Assembly (NCBI GenBank): GCA_046563655.1
Contig: CM102285.1
Location: forward strand, 2,790,001 to 2,854,000
Length of the DNA: 64,000 bases
Reading direction: 5' to 3'
Source of the DNA: Yuukianura sp. NJ FZ-2021
Taxonomy: Eukaryota
Shown here: one piece after another, positions 1 through 13,357 of the stretch
How positions within the stretch are numbered: the stretch's first letter is position 1
Layout: each line of letters opens with the position of its first letter
Program-made: the position numbers and the translations under genes
The notes under the pieces: model-generated
Database searches by the model: none
Seen by the model: only the letters and a program-made list of their open reading frames with translations
Told to the model about the DNA's origin: nothing

Positions 1-25
1 TGGGATCGACGACTGGCACAAACAT
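1..25 (+). CDS. 3' end of an upstream coding exon of gene 1 (FAM53-motif protein), truncated by the window start
   Basis: Frame from nt 2 reads GIDDWHKH and ends exactly at the donor CAT|GTGAGT (26-31) in phase 0, matching the phase-0 acceptor at 3290 (GIDDWHKH-DPEEHDSGTESD). Only 25 nt are visible. Confidence 0.5.
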
Positions 26-2124
26 GTGAGTTGGTTGACCTACATGGGAGTTATGGGGGGAGAGGTGTTTCACAAACACATTCGATAGGTTTAAAAACTT
101 CTACGAGGATCAATCTTCCGCGTAAGATGAAAGAGGGATTCGAGGAGCGCGGGAGATCAAAATCAAAAATGGAGTTCAAACTATACCTCTAAGATGCTTG
201 GAGGATGCGGAATTGGGCAAAAGTGGGGCATCGTGAGAAAATTGTGTACTTTTAGGGTGGGGTTAAACAGAGTTGTAAAGTTCAAGGATGACCAAAAACT
301 TTTGATCAGTCTTGTACTTTTTTTTTGTAGTACCCACTGCGTAGCGACTTGCAAGTTAAAATATTTCCGCGTAGCGATGACTTACTTAGCAACAGTCTAA
401 AAGTGTAGTTGTAGTTAGACTTTTTATAATTTAAGCACAAATATACAAAATTTAGGATAGGAAGGTATAGGTTAAGTATAATTAAGTACAAGTAGGTGCC
501 CTTTACAGTGAATAAGTCATTTTTCGGAGCCTGTTAGTTAGCATGTGTTTTGAAGGGGCAGCTCCAAGGTACACTTGAAGGGACCTGAAATGTTATGTTT
601 ACCCTTACTTTTGAAGTTAATTTCATCGTATGCCACTTTTTGCAAAAATGCTGCTCTGATGATGTAAGTCGATGCTGAAACGTGATCCGTCTGTTTACGT
701 TTTCTAGAAATGTTGACGAGGGACGTAAGAGTAGTTCTCGTGTATTATTTCCCAAATGAGATGCGCGGACAAAAGGGAAAAAAAATCTTTTTGCTTTTCG
801 TGCTAAACATGTCCTAATGGATCCCTGTTTTCGGCATCCGAATTAATGCTCAACTGACATGTTTTCTCTCCTCCTGGAATCTTTTGTATCTTTGGTTACC
901 AATTGTCTCTTCTTCTATTCTAGGAAACCCAGCCTATTCTAGCAAACAGAACAAGAGTAGAGTTGTAGGCTCGAAAGCACTTTGGGATTAATGCTTCAAC
1001 TCAAATATTTATACTGATCTTGAGAAATAAATAGGAAGGCATAGTTGTATTTAATGGAAATGAAAAAGAGGAGGACATCCCACACTCTTATACGACGACG
1101 GTGACAAAAAGGTTCTTTTTGTTTGTTCTTTTGTGTGTCTTTTTTATACTTTTCCAAGGAAAGTAAGACTCATTTTCAAAAAATGAAAAAAAAAAAAAAT
1201 ACAGAGATTTTGGGGTTTCCAAACTAGTCATCTCATCATCGTTTTAAATCCGGCTCCCTCCGGGGTAGTATCTTCTGAATAATGAAAAATTATTGCCGAT
1301 CTCTGCATCTATTGTTGGGAAAACACAAGTGCTTAAGTGTCCCTTTGTTTCCCAGGGGCCAAGGGCTCCCTTTATATGTTCAGAAGGGTCCCCTCATACT
1401 TGTACGAAGGGTTCAACTTTTTAGCCTTGGCGTTTTTCTATTAATAAATCTTTTCCTGGTGGGTTTCGGGTTGTATGCTCTCTGTACTACTCAAACTCTA
1501 GCGGAAGCAGGGAATCGGTATTGCTAGGTTAACCTAATGGTTAGGTTTTAGATTTTAGGTTAGGATGTGAGGCTTGAATTAAGATGGAGCTGGGAAGTCT
1601 GTCCGATTAGGGTCTGATGTCCGTCAGAGACTCGGCGGAGTGAGAAATAAAGGAGATTGTGCGACTTCCATCCACTTCCACATGAAATGTCAAACAAGTT
1701 TGTGCTCAAAGTTCTTACGAAAGAAGAACATCCAAGGACAGTGTAGTATCACTTTGAGAAAAGATTTTGAAGTTTCCCAGAACAATTTCAAAAGTGGAGG
1801 CGGAGAGTTCGGTTGGTGGCGGGAGTTAAGGCAGTTTGGATACGTAGAATGGAGGGACAGCAGCAGTAGTCTCTGGAGTCTTCCTTGTAATTGCCTGTCG
1901 GAGAAGGAGACACTGCACGAGAACACCCGCGGCTTCAACTTACTTCCACTACTACATTTTCGATTTAAATCAGACGCATTTTTACCGATTTTAAACAAAA
2001 AATTAAAATTGATCGCAATATGTATTCACCTCATTCTGCCATGAGAATACCATAGGAGAGGAAATCTTAATCTGAAAAATTATACTATATAAACTATTGC
2101 CTTACAGCAGCTTTCAAATTGTAT

Positions 2125-2220
2125 GCTATTATAGAACGTTTATATATTATATATATATATATTATATTATTATATATTATTATAGAACTTTAATATCCAT
2201 TGGGTATTAGTTATAGAACG
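2125..2220. repeat. AT-rich low-complexity/(TA)n tract with three TTATAGAAC words
   Basis: TATATATTATATATATATATATTATATT… flanked and interrupted by TTATAGAAC. Confidence 0.75.
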
Positions 2221-3204
2221 TAATGAGGTCACGGTAGGCAGAATTTAACAGTTGCTTACTTTACAAACTCGTAGAATTTTTTTGAACTTAATTTTTTGCA
2301 TAAAATTTTTAATCCTTTATGAAAAAAACTAGTGATCAAAATCGATGAAAATAGCAAATAAAGTGCAGAATACTGTTGTGATGTTAAAGACTGGTGAGAC
2401 GACACCTTGGACTACTAAAAGATTCAATTCCATGTTCCATTTGAGACTGAATTGAGTAGGAAAAGGGCGGTTGGCAGCCGTGGCAGAAGAGGCGCGGTAG
2501 AAATTGAATTTGAGTTGGAGCGGAAGAGTGGAAGGTGTTGAAAAGAAGCATGAATCTTTGTTTTGATTGGAGGAGTTAATTAAATTGAAGTTGGAATGGG
2601 AGGTTGATTAGGAAAAATGCGGTTTGGTACTTTGTGAGTTTGTATTTGGAGAGAGATGACTCCTGGGATTGACATTACAGTTAGACCTTGGAACATGTTA
2701 GCCTAATGCTTTCACTCTACCAACCTGGACTTTCTCCATTGAAAGTGCCTTGAGTCAGGTTAGGCAGTTAAGCCTTAGAAGAGCGAAGCTCGGTCACCGG
2801 CTGCTTCCCTTGCACTTATCGATTGAACATCCCGGCTCAAACTGAGCACCGCAACGTCAGAATCCTCAATTTGAATTTTACCGGTTCCACTCATCTTGTT
2901 ACACTTTGGGCCAGAAGTGGAGTCGAGAGGTTGCATTTTGGATCGAAGTTCGCTCCAACTTCCAGCTCAAGTGATCGTGTGTCCGTCGAAAACCCAGACG
3001 GCTTAACCTTGAAAATTTTGAAAAAGAGACAAATTACTGCTTTTTCGAGAATTGCCAATTTGAAGAGTGCGGAATTTTAAACTAGGAATGAAAAGTTGGA
3101 AAAGTGACCAATGGCGTGACGAATTTTTCCGACTGGGTGTGTTATAGCAGATAGCCAAGGGATTTGAGCGTTGGCGGTGTTTAAATTTTTAAATGGAAAC
3201 GGAA

Positions 3205-3255
3205 AGGTCAAAGACGCAGATCAAGAGAAGGTCACCACGTCAAGGTCAAAGGTCA
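3205..3255 (+). promoter_or_regulatory. Nuclear-receptor half-site cluster with a perfect DR1
   Basis: AGGTCA at 3205, 3229, 3243 and 3250; AGGTCA-A-AGGTCA at 3243-3255; TCAAGGTCA at 3240-3248. Confidence 0.45.
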
Positions 3256-3289
3256 AACTTTTACCATTTTCCTTTTGTCTGTTTTTCAG

Positions 3290-3371
3290 GATCCTGAAGA
3301 GCACGATTCAGGAACAGAGTCAGACGACGAAAGTGAAGAAACTAGAAACGGCTTATCACAACCTGAAAACA
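3290..3371 (+). CDS. Internal coding exon of gene 1 (82 nt; DPEEHDSGTESDDESEETRNGLSQPEN+A)
   Basis: Long polypyrimidine tract ending TTTTTCAG|G, open acidic frame, donor ACA|GTAAGC at 3372. The phase-1 end joins the phase-1 start of the 22742 exon in frame (…PEN-K-LMEGDCESEW…). Confidence 0.75.
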
Positions 3372-6300
3372 GTAAGCTTTAAAACTTTTCTTTTTCAAAA
3401 TACGACACCAAATCCCCTCTTTCTGAAATCTTTTTCTTCGTAATTTTGAAAATCAATTTTGAAAAACAACTGAAGCTGGGCATCTGCCATACGACCGCAT
3501 TCCCTTTTGTTTCTTTGGAGTTAGGTTTTATGACAGGTTCCAATATTTCATCCTGCGCCGCCAGTTTTACTTCCCTTGCAAAGTCTCATCCTTTGTTTAG
3601 TTTCTTCTGCCTAGGTTACTTTTTTTTTGTTCCAAGTCCCTTCCTGTTGTATGCCGGGTTGGGTAAAGGTCATTTCCGTGTCACGGGGGGAGGGGTTCAA
3701 AGTGGTGAGAGGATGTTGTGTGCTGGGGTTTTCGGATCGATAGCACTTTCTGGATGTCATAAAGGAGGAGGATAAGATAAATGTTTATAATTATACGTCT
3801 CTTGGCTCAGGTTCACCCAGAAGAACACAGTTTCACTTTCACTTTGCTTTCTCTTACCCAACAAACACAAAAGTAAGAAAAAGTGTTCCGTGTACCACTC
3901 AAGAAATGAAAAAAATGCACCTTTTACAACTCAAACGTTAACTTTTTTTTGTGACGCGGTGACATTTGAAGTTTCAGTTGACGGAGGTTGCCATCACTAG
4001 TTACTCCATTAGTATATCGGCTGTTGGTGACCGTGCATTAGAGTCCGGGAATCCATACCGACAGCGACATAACATCTAGCATAAAAAGTCATAACGTTTA
4101 GCATCCAACAACCAAAGGCACGACTCGGGCGATGTATAATTTGGATGTTTAGTAGAGTCAGACAAAGTGGAATGCGTTGTATTTTGATAGTTTTAGTGGA
4201 TGAATAAAAGAAGAGTTTTTGTTTAGCGGCTTGCTGGAGAGTTTTAGTGTGGAAGGAATTTTTGAAAGTTGAAACTATTGATTTCTGAGTTTTGGAAGGA
4301 AGTTTATTCATTTCATATACGAGTTTTTCAAGAATATTTTCATACATGGCAGCTTTTTTTGGTAGAAGAAGAACTGCGTGTTGGGCTATGGTGATGAAGG
4401 TGTTGTGTAAGATGTTGACGGTGAATGGATTATTCCGAGTCAAGTGGGATATTAACTAGATCTTCCATTGTCTATTTTTTACTCGAATGGAATCTCCCCC
4501 TCCAGGTGAGTAGAGTGAACACAATGCATATGGATTCTTCTCACCCAGGAATTTGAATCTTCCCTCTCCTTCATCTCAAAAGCTAAAGAAAGGAACAGAA
4601 AATGCATTTCATTCCGTACAATCTTCTTTCCAACGCTAACTTTGAAATTGACCAATCTCTCAAGGTCAACTGTCTCCTTTACACACAAAATTTGAAGCAA
4701 AGATGATGGGAAAAAAATATGAAGGTCGAAGGTCACACTCAGCAAATTTTGAAAAAGTTTTTGAAGTTCATTATTCACAGTTTTTAATTACTAATCCGTA
4801 GTTTCAAAAGAAAAAAAAAGAAGAAAAAATGCAAAATGCTTGAGGACGCATAAAAAGTTTTAGGAAGTTTATTGCGATTTTAACAAAAAGTTTGGATTTG
4901 AATTTGGTACCATGATTTCACGAGTTGAGTTTTCTGTACTAAATCGAATTTGAGTGTCGATTTGTGCAAAGTGGACTAAAAAGGAAATGACGATGGAGGC
5001 GATGAGAAAAAAAAGTTTTGGCCTAATAATTTTAATTTTGTGAGAACTTTTCCTCTCTTTTCTCATTTGCAATTATCTCGTCATTTTGCAATTATTCCCG
5101 CGGAAACTTTTTTTTGCAGTAATCAAAGGGTAGAAAGGCGTGTCTTTTTTCTTCTCTTTTTGAATTTGGCGGAGGTAGAATTTGAACTTTTGTGGCTTTA
5201 GTAGAGTCTGATTTGAAATTTCGTTATACAGAGGAAGGAAGAGAGCAGAGTTAAAATTGCCGGGAGGACAGCAAGTGAAGATGGAAATGGCAATTTTCCT
5301 TTGCCAAAAAATAAAATTTGGTGAAAAGAGGGCTGTGTGGCGGAACTGCTAGAGCAACTATCTTCTTTTTTTCTGTTTGAAAATGCTCACCTCTCCCGCC
5401 GCCTTTAGTTCGTTCCCTGACTGTGCTGAAGGTCACGGAGAGCCCATTTGTACAAGTTTTCATGACAGGACTGAATGAAATAAAGTGAAATCGTGCTGGT
5501 CTCCAGCTTCGCTCGCAGAATCACGACCATAAACCCACTTCTGCACCAGTCGCTTCATTTTCAGTTCACAAGAACACTCTATTAATGAAAACCTACTCGA
5601 ATAGGTCACAAAACATCCAAATTTTCAAAAAAAAATTCGATAAAAGTCTGGGAAATTTCAATTTCAAAAGCCCCGACCTGATGTGGATATTTTTAGTTTT
5701 GGTTTAGCTATAAGTCGGACGTTTTACTCCGAAATGACCGAAAAATTAAGTGATTTTGAAAGTAGTTTGTTCTAAATTTTTTTTTTTGGTTTTGTTGCAC
5801 TTTTGGAGTTTGAGTTGGTTGTTGTTGATGAAATAGTCGCACTTTGAGCTGCACAACGTTCGAAATTTTCCACTGCTGGTGTTATCATGGGGCTTGATGA
5901 CTTGTGGTTCCTATCAACAATTGTGTATGCATCGTACGTTTACGTTTCCCTTTAGGAACATGTTTAAATTTTAATCTTGTTTCTCTGGTTGGGCTGCTAC
6001 GTGAGAACTTAAATTACGTAAAAGGACATTCTCTCTTGGAGACATTCGAAAAAAGCAGCGGGAAAGGAAGTTTCAGAAGCGCCAACTTCTCAAACAACCA
6101 AGAGCCAACTTCGGATTCTTAAAAAATGACAAAGGCTTTTTAATTTTGAGTTGCTGGTGTCATTTGAACAAAGGACCCCATTGTATGTGTGTAAATTTGA
6201 AATTGGTGGAGAGATGTATGTTGTGCTTGAGTCCTCCCTGAAGTTACGTTTAAGTTGAATTCCCACTCAAGGTCAGTTTATCATTGAGAAGTCAAGTTCA

Positions 6301-7957
6301 ACCTCTATATGCTTTTTTATATGCTCTCAAGCGAATAAGGTAGTTTTAGTCCAAACCTAAACTATCTACCTTCCTTCCCTCATGAACGCTAACATGAACC
6401 TAACTTAAGCCAGGTTCACACCACGCACCTCAAACTTCTTTTTTTGAAACTTCGCACCTCTCAAAACATCATAAAGCCGCGCCAAAATTTAACAAATTTT
6501 ACACTCTCGACTCTACAAAGTGGTGTGAATTTTTTGAGAATGAAAGAATGTTTATACCATTTTATGATTGTTTACAACATTCCGGCGAAGCCCCGCGTAG
6601 CACAGCTAGCAAGCTAGTTTTTTTAACTTTTTAAATTTATTTCATGCGGTAGCTCTCGATCCAACGACATTCGAGGTCAGAGGAGACTTTTAAGTTCAAA
6701 AACATTCGTTTTGGTTTCTGAGGTGATGGTAACCTTTGTATCACGTATAGAAACTTTCGTGTCACGTATAACTGATGAATTATTATCAGAGAAACATTAA
6801 GACAAGGAGGAAATTAGTGCTTGTGCTGCTCAGTTAGTGCTGTATGGAGATGCTACATGATGTTTCGTATGTTAGGCTATGTTGTGGTGTAACTGCGGAT
6901 GTGGGGCATGGATGTTCCCATTAGAATTAATGTTTGTAGCGTCATTTGGAGAGGGAAGATAAGGTTTGGTGTGGGTCTTAAGTGAGTTTGGGGGGAGATT
7001 GGTTCCTTCTGATTCATTACTCTCACTTTCCTCCATCGACACAAATAACTATAACTTAGGTTGTACGTAATGTTAATGGGTTTCACCGTATGCAGAGCTG
7101 GGCACGGAATCTACTCTACTACATTTGCACAAACTAGGACTTAGTTTAATAGCCACGCGTCATTGAAATGGAAAACCAAAAGTGATTTAAGCTGATGCAA
7201 CTAAACAACACAATTTTTTAACTTTGACCTCATCCACTTATACAAACACGAGTGACGTCAAAAATGCTGATCAATCGATTACCGCCAACATAATTTTATA
7301 GAGTTCGACTGGTTACGTCAAAACACATTTGGCTTTTCGGATAGTTTTCTGAAGTGATACTTAATTACAGCCCAAATTACAATTAGCTCGTCAAAATTGC
7401 ATTCCAATTTCAAAAATCGAAAACGCAAAGCTTCTAATTTTCGTCTAGTCAAACGTTTTGCTGAATACGAAGTATATAAAATTTGATTTTGCGAAGATTG
7501 GGCAAAGTTTGAAATGATTTTGGAGTATAATGGAATACGAGTGTTCGATACGCTAATGACGGTCGTTCAGTGGTTCCCATTGGACGTTATTGAGGAAACC
7601 TAGCATAGTAAGTTTCTTTTCTAGGCTGAACTTAGGTTGTGCAGTTGTGTGGGAATAATTTATGGGAATGACTCTTCTGTTCCGTTTGGAAAATGCAGAG
7701 AAAGTGTAATTGAGGAATTGAATTGATAGCTAGTGGCACAGTCGTTCCTGTATTGATGATGATGAGCACTGACTGTCGCGTGTGAGCTTCATTTATGCCG
7801 AGTGGCGCACAACTCTTGTTCAATTCCCAATTTGAAATAGTCGGTTAGGCTATGTTCGAAATAGCCGTCGACTCATTTGAACCAATCAGGCCTCACCGGA
7901 TTAACCCGAATTCTATTACTCATTCATAACACGCTATCTTAAAAAAACGGCTGCCGT

Positions 7958-7999
7958 CTGCGCATGAGCAGCGAAATTGTTCGTACTGCGCATGAGCAG
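7958..7999. promoter_or_regulatory. Tandem NRF-1/Erect wing-like sites (CTGCGCATGAGCAG x2)
   Basis: Identical near-palindromic 14-mers at 7958-7971 and 7986-7999, one mismatch from the TGCGCATGCGCA consensus. Confidence 0.5.
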
Positions 8000-8973
8000 T
8001 TTCGAATTGAAACTTTTAAGTAAAGGCTAAACTGTACAAGTCTTTAAATTCTCTAATTTATTGACAGTTTAAAAGAGGGATTTTTAAATTTTTTTGAAGT
8101 TGCAATAGATTGTGTGAAGGCATGCAGTGGAATGTGAATGCGAAAAGTCGTGTTCATTTCTCCTGAGTCATGATGGGGCTTAATTGACTTTTAGTGGTGG
8201 TCGTGTAAATTGTGACTTTATGGAATGAACAAAACGAGAGACAGGATTGGTCAATTTTTGACTTTGGCCAAAAAGTTGCCTTTTGTATTCAGACTACAAA
8301 GTCCAGACTTACAATGCACAAATTCAGTTGATTGGAAGGTCTTAAGGAAAAAACAGCTGAATTGAGATTAATCAACTTTCATTAGAAATTTATGAAATTG
8401 GTTTTGGAAAACTGGTTGTTCTTTTTTTCCGAATTTAGTTTAGGAGAGGTTTTAACCGTATTTGAGCAAACGCTAACCCGCCAGAGAGTTTATTTTTCTT
8501 TGACAAAATCAAGCTTTTACCGCCTCCGTTTTATTGCCATTTACCGAAGATCAATTATTCATTGACTGCTACTTCGATTTAATCACCTCCGAAATTCAAA
8601 TGTTCCATCCGCCGCTTCTCCAAAAAGTGATCGAAACACATTTTTGAAAATTACCTCCATTAAGTAGGCCTTCTAAAGCTTTTTCTCAGCGCAACTTTTG
8701 TATTAGTACGCAAAGGCCAACTGTGAAACAAAAGCGTCGTGATTTTTTTCCTCTTCAGTCAAATTCAGATTATACCGGAAACAAGGTTGTTGAAACAAAC
8801 CACATTTGGAATATTAATCACACAAATGCCTAACCATGTAGAGGCAAAAAAATTAGTATTTGTGCTCGGGAAGTTTTGAAATTTTGAGTGTCCATTTTGG
8901 ACTTTATGTGTCGTTGTTGATTGTAAACAAAGTGAGAGGAAACACGCCTGACAAATTCAGATTACATAATATG

Positions 8974-9110
8974 CCCCCTCATAAAATGAGGCAAAACAAT
9001 CAAAATTTGACCCCTCATGAAATGAAGCAAAACAATCAAAATTTAACCCCTCATGAAATGAGACAAAACAATCAAAATTTAACCCCGTATGAAATGAAAC
9101 AAAACAATGT
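8974..9110. repeat. 36-bp minisatellite, about 3.7 copies
   Basis: Unit approximately CCCTCATGAAATGAAGCAAAACAATCAAAATTTAAC; seen as the PHEMKQNNQNLT repeat in ORF 8860..9195. Confidence 0.9.
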
Positions 9111-12100
9111 CAATTTAATAGAGTTAAACCAGTCCGAGAGGGGTTGTTTCAATTCTTTTCTTCCACTTTCTAAAAACTATCGCGCCCAAATTTAAACTAA
9201 TCATTTCGAAATCTGGTGCTTGGGGGGACATTTGAATTGTAACTCTGCTCCCTCCTTTATTCCATCATTTGAGTTCGTACGTGATTAGGAAAAACAAAAG
9301 TTTGGACTTGAATTAAACTATTTTTGAATCGGTTTAAGGCCGTCTCTTATGTATTTCTATAAAATCCAGAGGGTGGGTCTCTCCTTAACTGAATGTTTTG
9401 AATGAGAGAGAACAATGGAGTGAGCGTTGTGCTTAACATAAAAGTTGAAACAGGATGCGTAAGTTGTGTGTATGTGCGTAGAGTGTTCAAGTGGTTTTGT
9501 GGTGGTGGTGCGGAGATAGAGCTGCTGGGAATGTAATGATGTGAGATTGGGAATATATTTGGGGGAGGCTAATCTGATCAATTCCTTTGTTCGAAATAAA
9601 TGAAATTTTCCCTCTGCTCTTTTTTTCTTGTGGAGCCGTTTCCCCTCCATTTTAGTAGCCCATCACCATCACCCTTGCGTATCACAATCCTATCAATTCC
9701 ACCGAATCTCAATCACGTTTTCTTTTCAACAGAAAAAAAACTATTATTTAGGATCCCTGGGTTTCTGTGTTATGGTGATGGAGGGAGTAACTATACGTAG
9801 TAAAAGTCCCCAACAACAGTTCCGGATTGAGTAAATAATGAAATGAGTAAAAGTTCCCTTCTGTGGATCACCCTGATAGCACAATCAGATGGATATCGCT
9901 CTGGATCTTCATAACCGCGTAAATTCAAATAATAAAGTAAAATGGAGCTTAGGAGCTCCAAGCCCTTAACACCCAGGAATATCAAAATTATCCAAAATTA
10001 GACAACCGCCCTCTGTTTACTTTCCTTTTGCACTTCTGCTGCGGTTTCCTCCACATCACAAAAATAAACAAACGTGCGGTCACATTTATCTTTTTTTTTA
10101 AACGGAGTTGCACAAACCATTTTCTCAACCTACATCGGACCAATTTTAAAGTGTCGCGAATTAAATTGTTTTTTTTGGGCGGAACCCCAGCACGGTTTGC
10201 ACTGCATGTTTTTCTTATTACACTGTTTCTTAGTTGACCGTTTTGCTGTTGACAAAGTTGTCGGCGTATACATGAACCCTAAACTTAAACTCATGATCAT
10301 AATTTTTTTTTATTTCAACGCAGCAGGAAAATGTCGAAATTTGTAGCTGATGTTAGCGCGTTTAGATTTTGGTTCAGATATGCTGAGGGTTCTTAGAGAC
10401 CCTTAGAATTTAGAGCCCTTTAAAACTACTTTTTTTTTTGTTTTTGTGTTACTGAAGAAGAGGAACGAAGAAAATGTAGACTTTAGGTTAGTTAGGTTAT
10501 GTTTTGATCTTAGAAGAGGATGAGGGTCATACGTTGAACAGAAGACAATGTTGGAAGAGTCTTATCCTGTGTCCCTATCTTCGTCTTTACTTTGAATAAC
10601 TGGTTTTCGGTGGTGGTTGGGTTGACAGCTTCAGTAGAAGAAGATTGGAGTAAATAGTTTATATTTACACAATTCCAGCAACAAATCCAGACATCTTTCT
10701 AACTTATAGCAAACCTAAACTTAAAAACTTTCCAGAAGAAGTTTCAACTCTATCTTTAAGGACGGGTCGTCACCACAAGTTTCAACTTTCTACTGATAAA
10801 CTCTCTCTCTCAGTCAAGGTTCCATGACAACCGGATTGTTTTTCCTACAACAGGTTGTCCAATAACTACGGGTTTTCCAAAATCTTGCTTCAAACAACGT
10901 CTAGCACCAATTTAGCACCAATCCTATCCATTTCACATTACATGCAAAAAATTACCATGGAAAGGCAGATTTGCTACTTTCAAACAAATTCTAAAACTTC
11001 GAGTTATTGGACCACCTGGTGTAGAAAAAGTATTCTTTTTGTTTATGAACCTTGCTCTCGGTCAACTTTAGTAAGAGCCAAAATGAGAAAAATGAAACTC
11101 CTACTTCCAGAATCAAAAGTATTGAAACAATTCGAGCTCCGTTTTGGAACAATTTGAAAGTTATGTTTGAAAATCCTAAAATGAGAAGTTAGAACGATAT
11201 GATGGAGCTCTTCTGTTTTTGTGTTGGCAGAATGTTGTAAAAACCGGGTATTTTTGAATGGCGTTTAGGCACATGTGGGTAGGGTTAGATGCCATTTGCC
11301 TAATTTCACAATTTGGATCTATGAGCATATGACACCCACTCTCTAAACCTACTAACACATGAGGCTATGAGGCACTTGAAGTATAAATAACAACTGACAA
11401 ATGAAAACTACGTAAATCACCAACTTACTACTCACACATTCACTCTTCACTTTAACAAAATTGGAAGTCAGCGGTAATATGTTACTTGCAAAATAGTGTT
11501 TTACGGTACGACGTTTCCAAAAGTTTCACTTTTCCCCTAAAATATTTCAGAAAAAAATTCCGCCAAGACAATTTGCATATTTTAACTTTCAATAGAAACA
11601 TAAAAGTAAAAAAATAAATTGAAAAAAGTGAATACATAAAGTGAAAAACGAATTACGGTCTGATATTTTGAACATTTTAACATTGGATTGACAGTTGCAA
11701 GCAATAAGATAAATGATGCAAACATTAAAGATAAAAAGTTGAAATCAACAAATAAATTTAGGTACTAAATTTTTACTTTAATAGAAATACGAAGTAAAGA
11801 AAAATTTACGCTCCGACATTCTAACCTTCTAGCTAAAAATATTAAATTAGAAAACTTGCCGTTACGAGATTTTAAAAACTGAAAAGTTTGGCGAGAAATT
11901 TAAAGTAGAAAAATGAAAAATAAGAAAAAGTTCACGCTTCGAAACTTTCTACACGAAAAAAGTGTTAACAAGTTTTTGGATGCTGAAAAGTGAAAACGAT
12001 GTGAAAATTCTTATTTCATGAAATTATAAAAGGTGATTATGATTCATAATTTTGAAATTGCATAATTTGAAAATCATAAGTAAAAAGTGCATGACCAGTA

Positions 12101-13357
12101 TTTTGACTTTTTTTTCATAACTTTTCACTAGTGTGAGAGTGGTATAAGGTGCGTTTCGTTTGTGTTGGTAGTTTGAGTCCTTTGAAGTTAAGTGAGTGTG
12201 AATTGTTATCTGAATGTAAACTTTTTTTTCGCTTTTCCTTGTTATGTACAGAGAGGTGCTTGTGGTTTTCTTCTTTGTCTTCTCTTGAGTCTGAATTTTA
12301 GAACTAACTTTTAGACTTAAGGAGAGTCCATACCGAACATAAGTTTGTGAGAAGCTTACGGAGGCCAAAGGACGTGAGGTAACTCGACACTTTTAGCTTC
12401 TGCAGCCTTCGACTCATGCATCATGTTCTCAAAATATAACACCCTGCTCTTAGGAAGCTTAAAAGTGTTGGTACAGTGATTAGCAAGACGCTCCCACTCC
12501 ACTTAAACTTCAATCAACTTTCAATTTAAACTTACCAGAAGAACGGGAAGAGTCTAAACGGGGCTTAAGTCACTGGCTACTTCTGATTTTTAGTCCAGAG
12601 TGAAGTTGAAGTTTGCTCTTTACGTTAGGATGAATATGTTTTTTGAAATTTGAAATGTTGCCACCGGAAGGAGAGAGAGATAAGGTGGATTCCATATTCA
12701 TGTCATGTGATGTGCAGAGGCTGACAGAAGTAGGATCCGCATTAAATATGCAGAGAGAACTCAAATCCTGTGACATCTCCACAACTGTCACATCCTCACT
12801 CTCCAGTTCCTGTCAAACTGAAGACACTCACTTCAGTCACCATAAAACCATCCGTCTTGAACGTTATGCTAACCTAACTCCTTATGCCGGGCAAAAGGTC
12901 AAAGGTTGACCTCCCTCATCACGACATGAACCACGTCAACATGTTTGTTCGCTCGTCATCTCATTGGAGTCCTGTTGTGATCTCTTGGGGTTTCAAGCAA
13001 CAAAGGAGCCAATTAACTTCCTTGATTTTCCTTTGCAACTGACTGTAAACCATCAAAAATCAAAACTACAAACTATCTGCAACTCAAGAAGACAAATCAC
13101 AGATTCAAGACATTCATTCATAACTTCCCGTGCAGAAAAACGTTCAAATTTTAAGCTCTTCCTAATCCAACCGCCAAAAAGAGAGATGAGAGACAGATTT
13201 TTTAAATTGACGTTCGCCGCTCCCTGCAGGCTCAATTACTTTTGAGCCAAAAACACACGAAGGAATAATTCTAGCTGTTTTAGAATACACTTACTGTTTT
13301 CAGAAAAAGGGTCTAAATTTGAAAATTTGTGGTACTGAAACTAATTTTAATGAGGTC

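Noticed and set aside
4009..4443. 144-aa minus-strand ORF and other 100-155-aa ORFs (e.g. 13914..14381, 61094..61558)
   Set aside because: Non-ATG starts and K/F/L/N-biased translations typical of AT-rich non-coding DNA, with no domains.
8860..9195. ORF with PHEMKQNNQNLT repeats
   Set aside because: Produced by the 36-bp minisatellite; no splice or composition support for coding.
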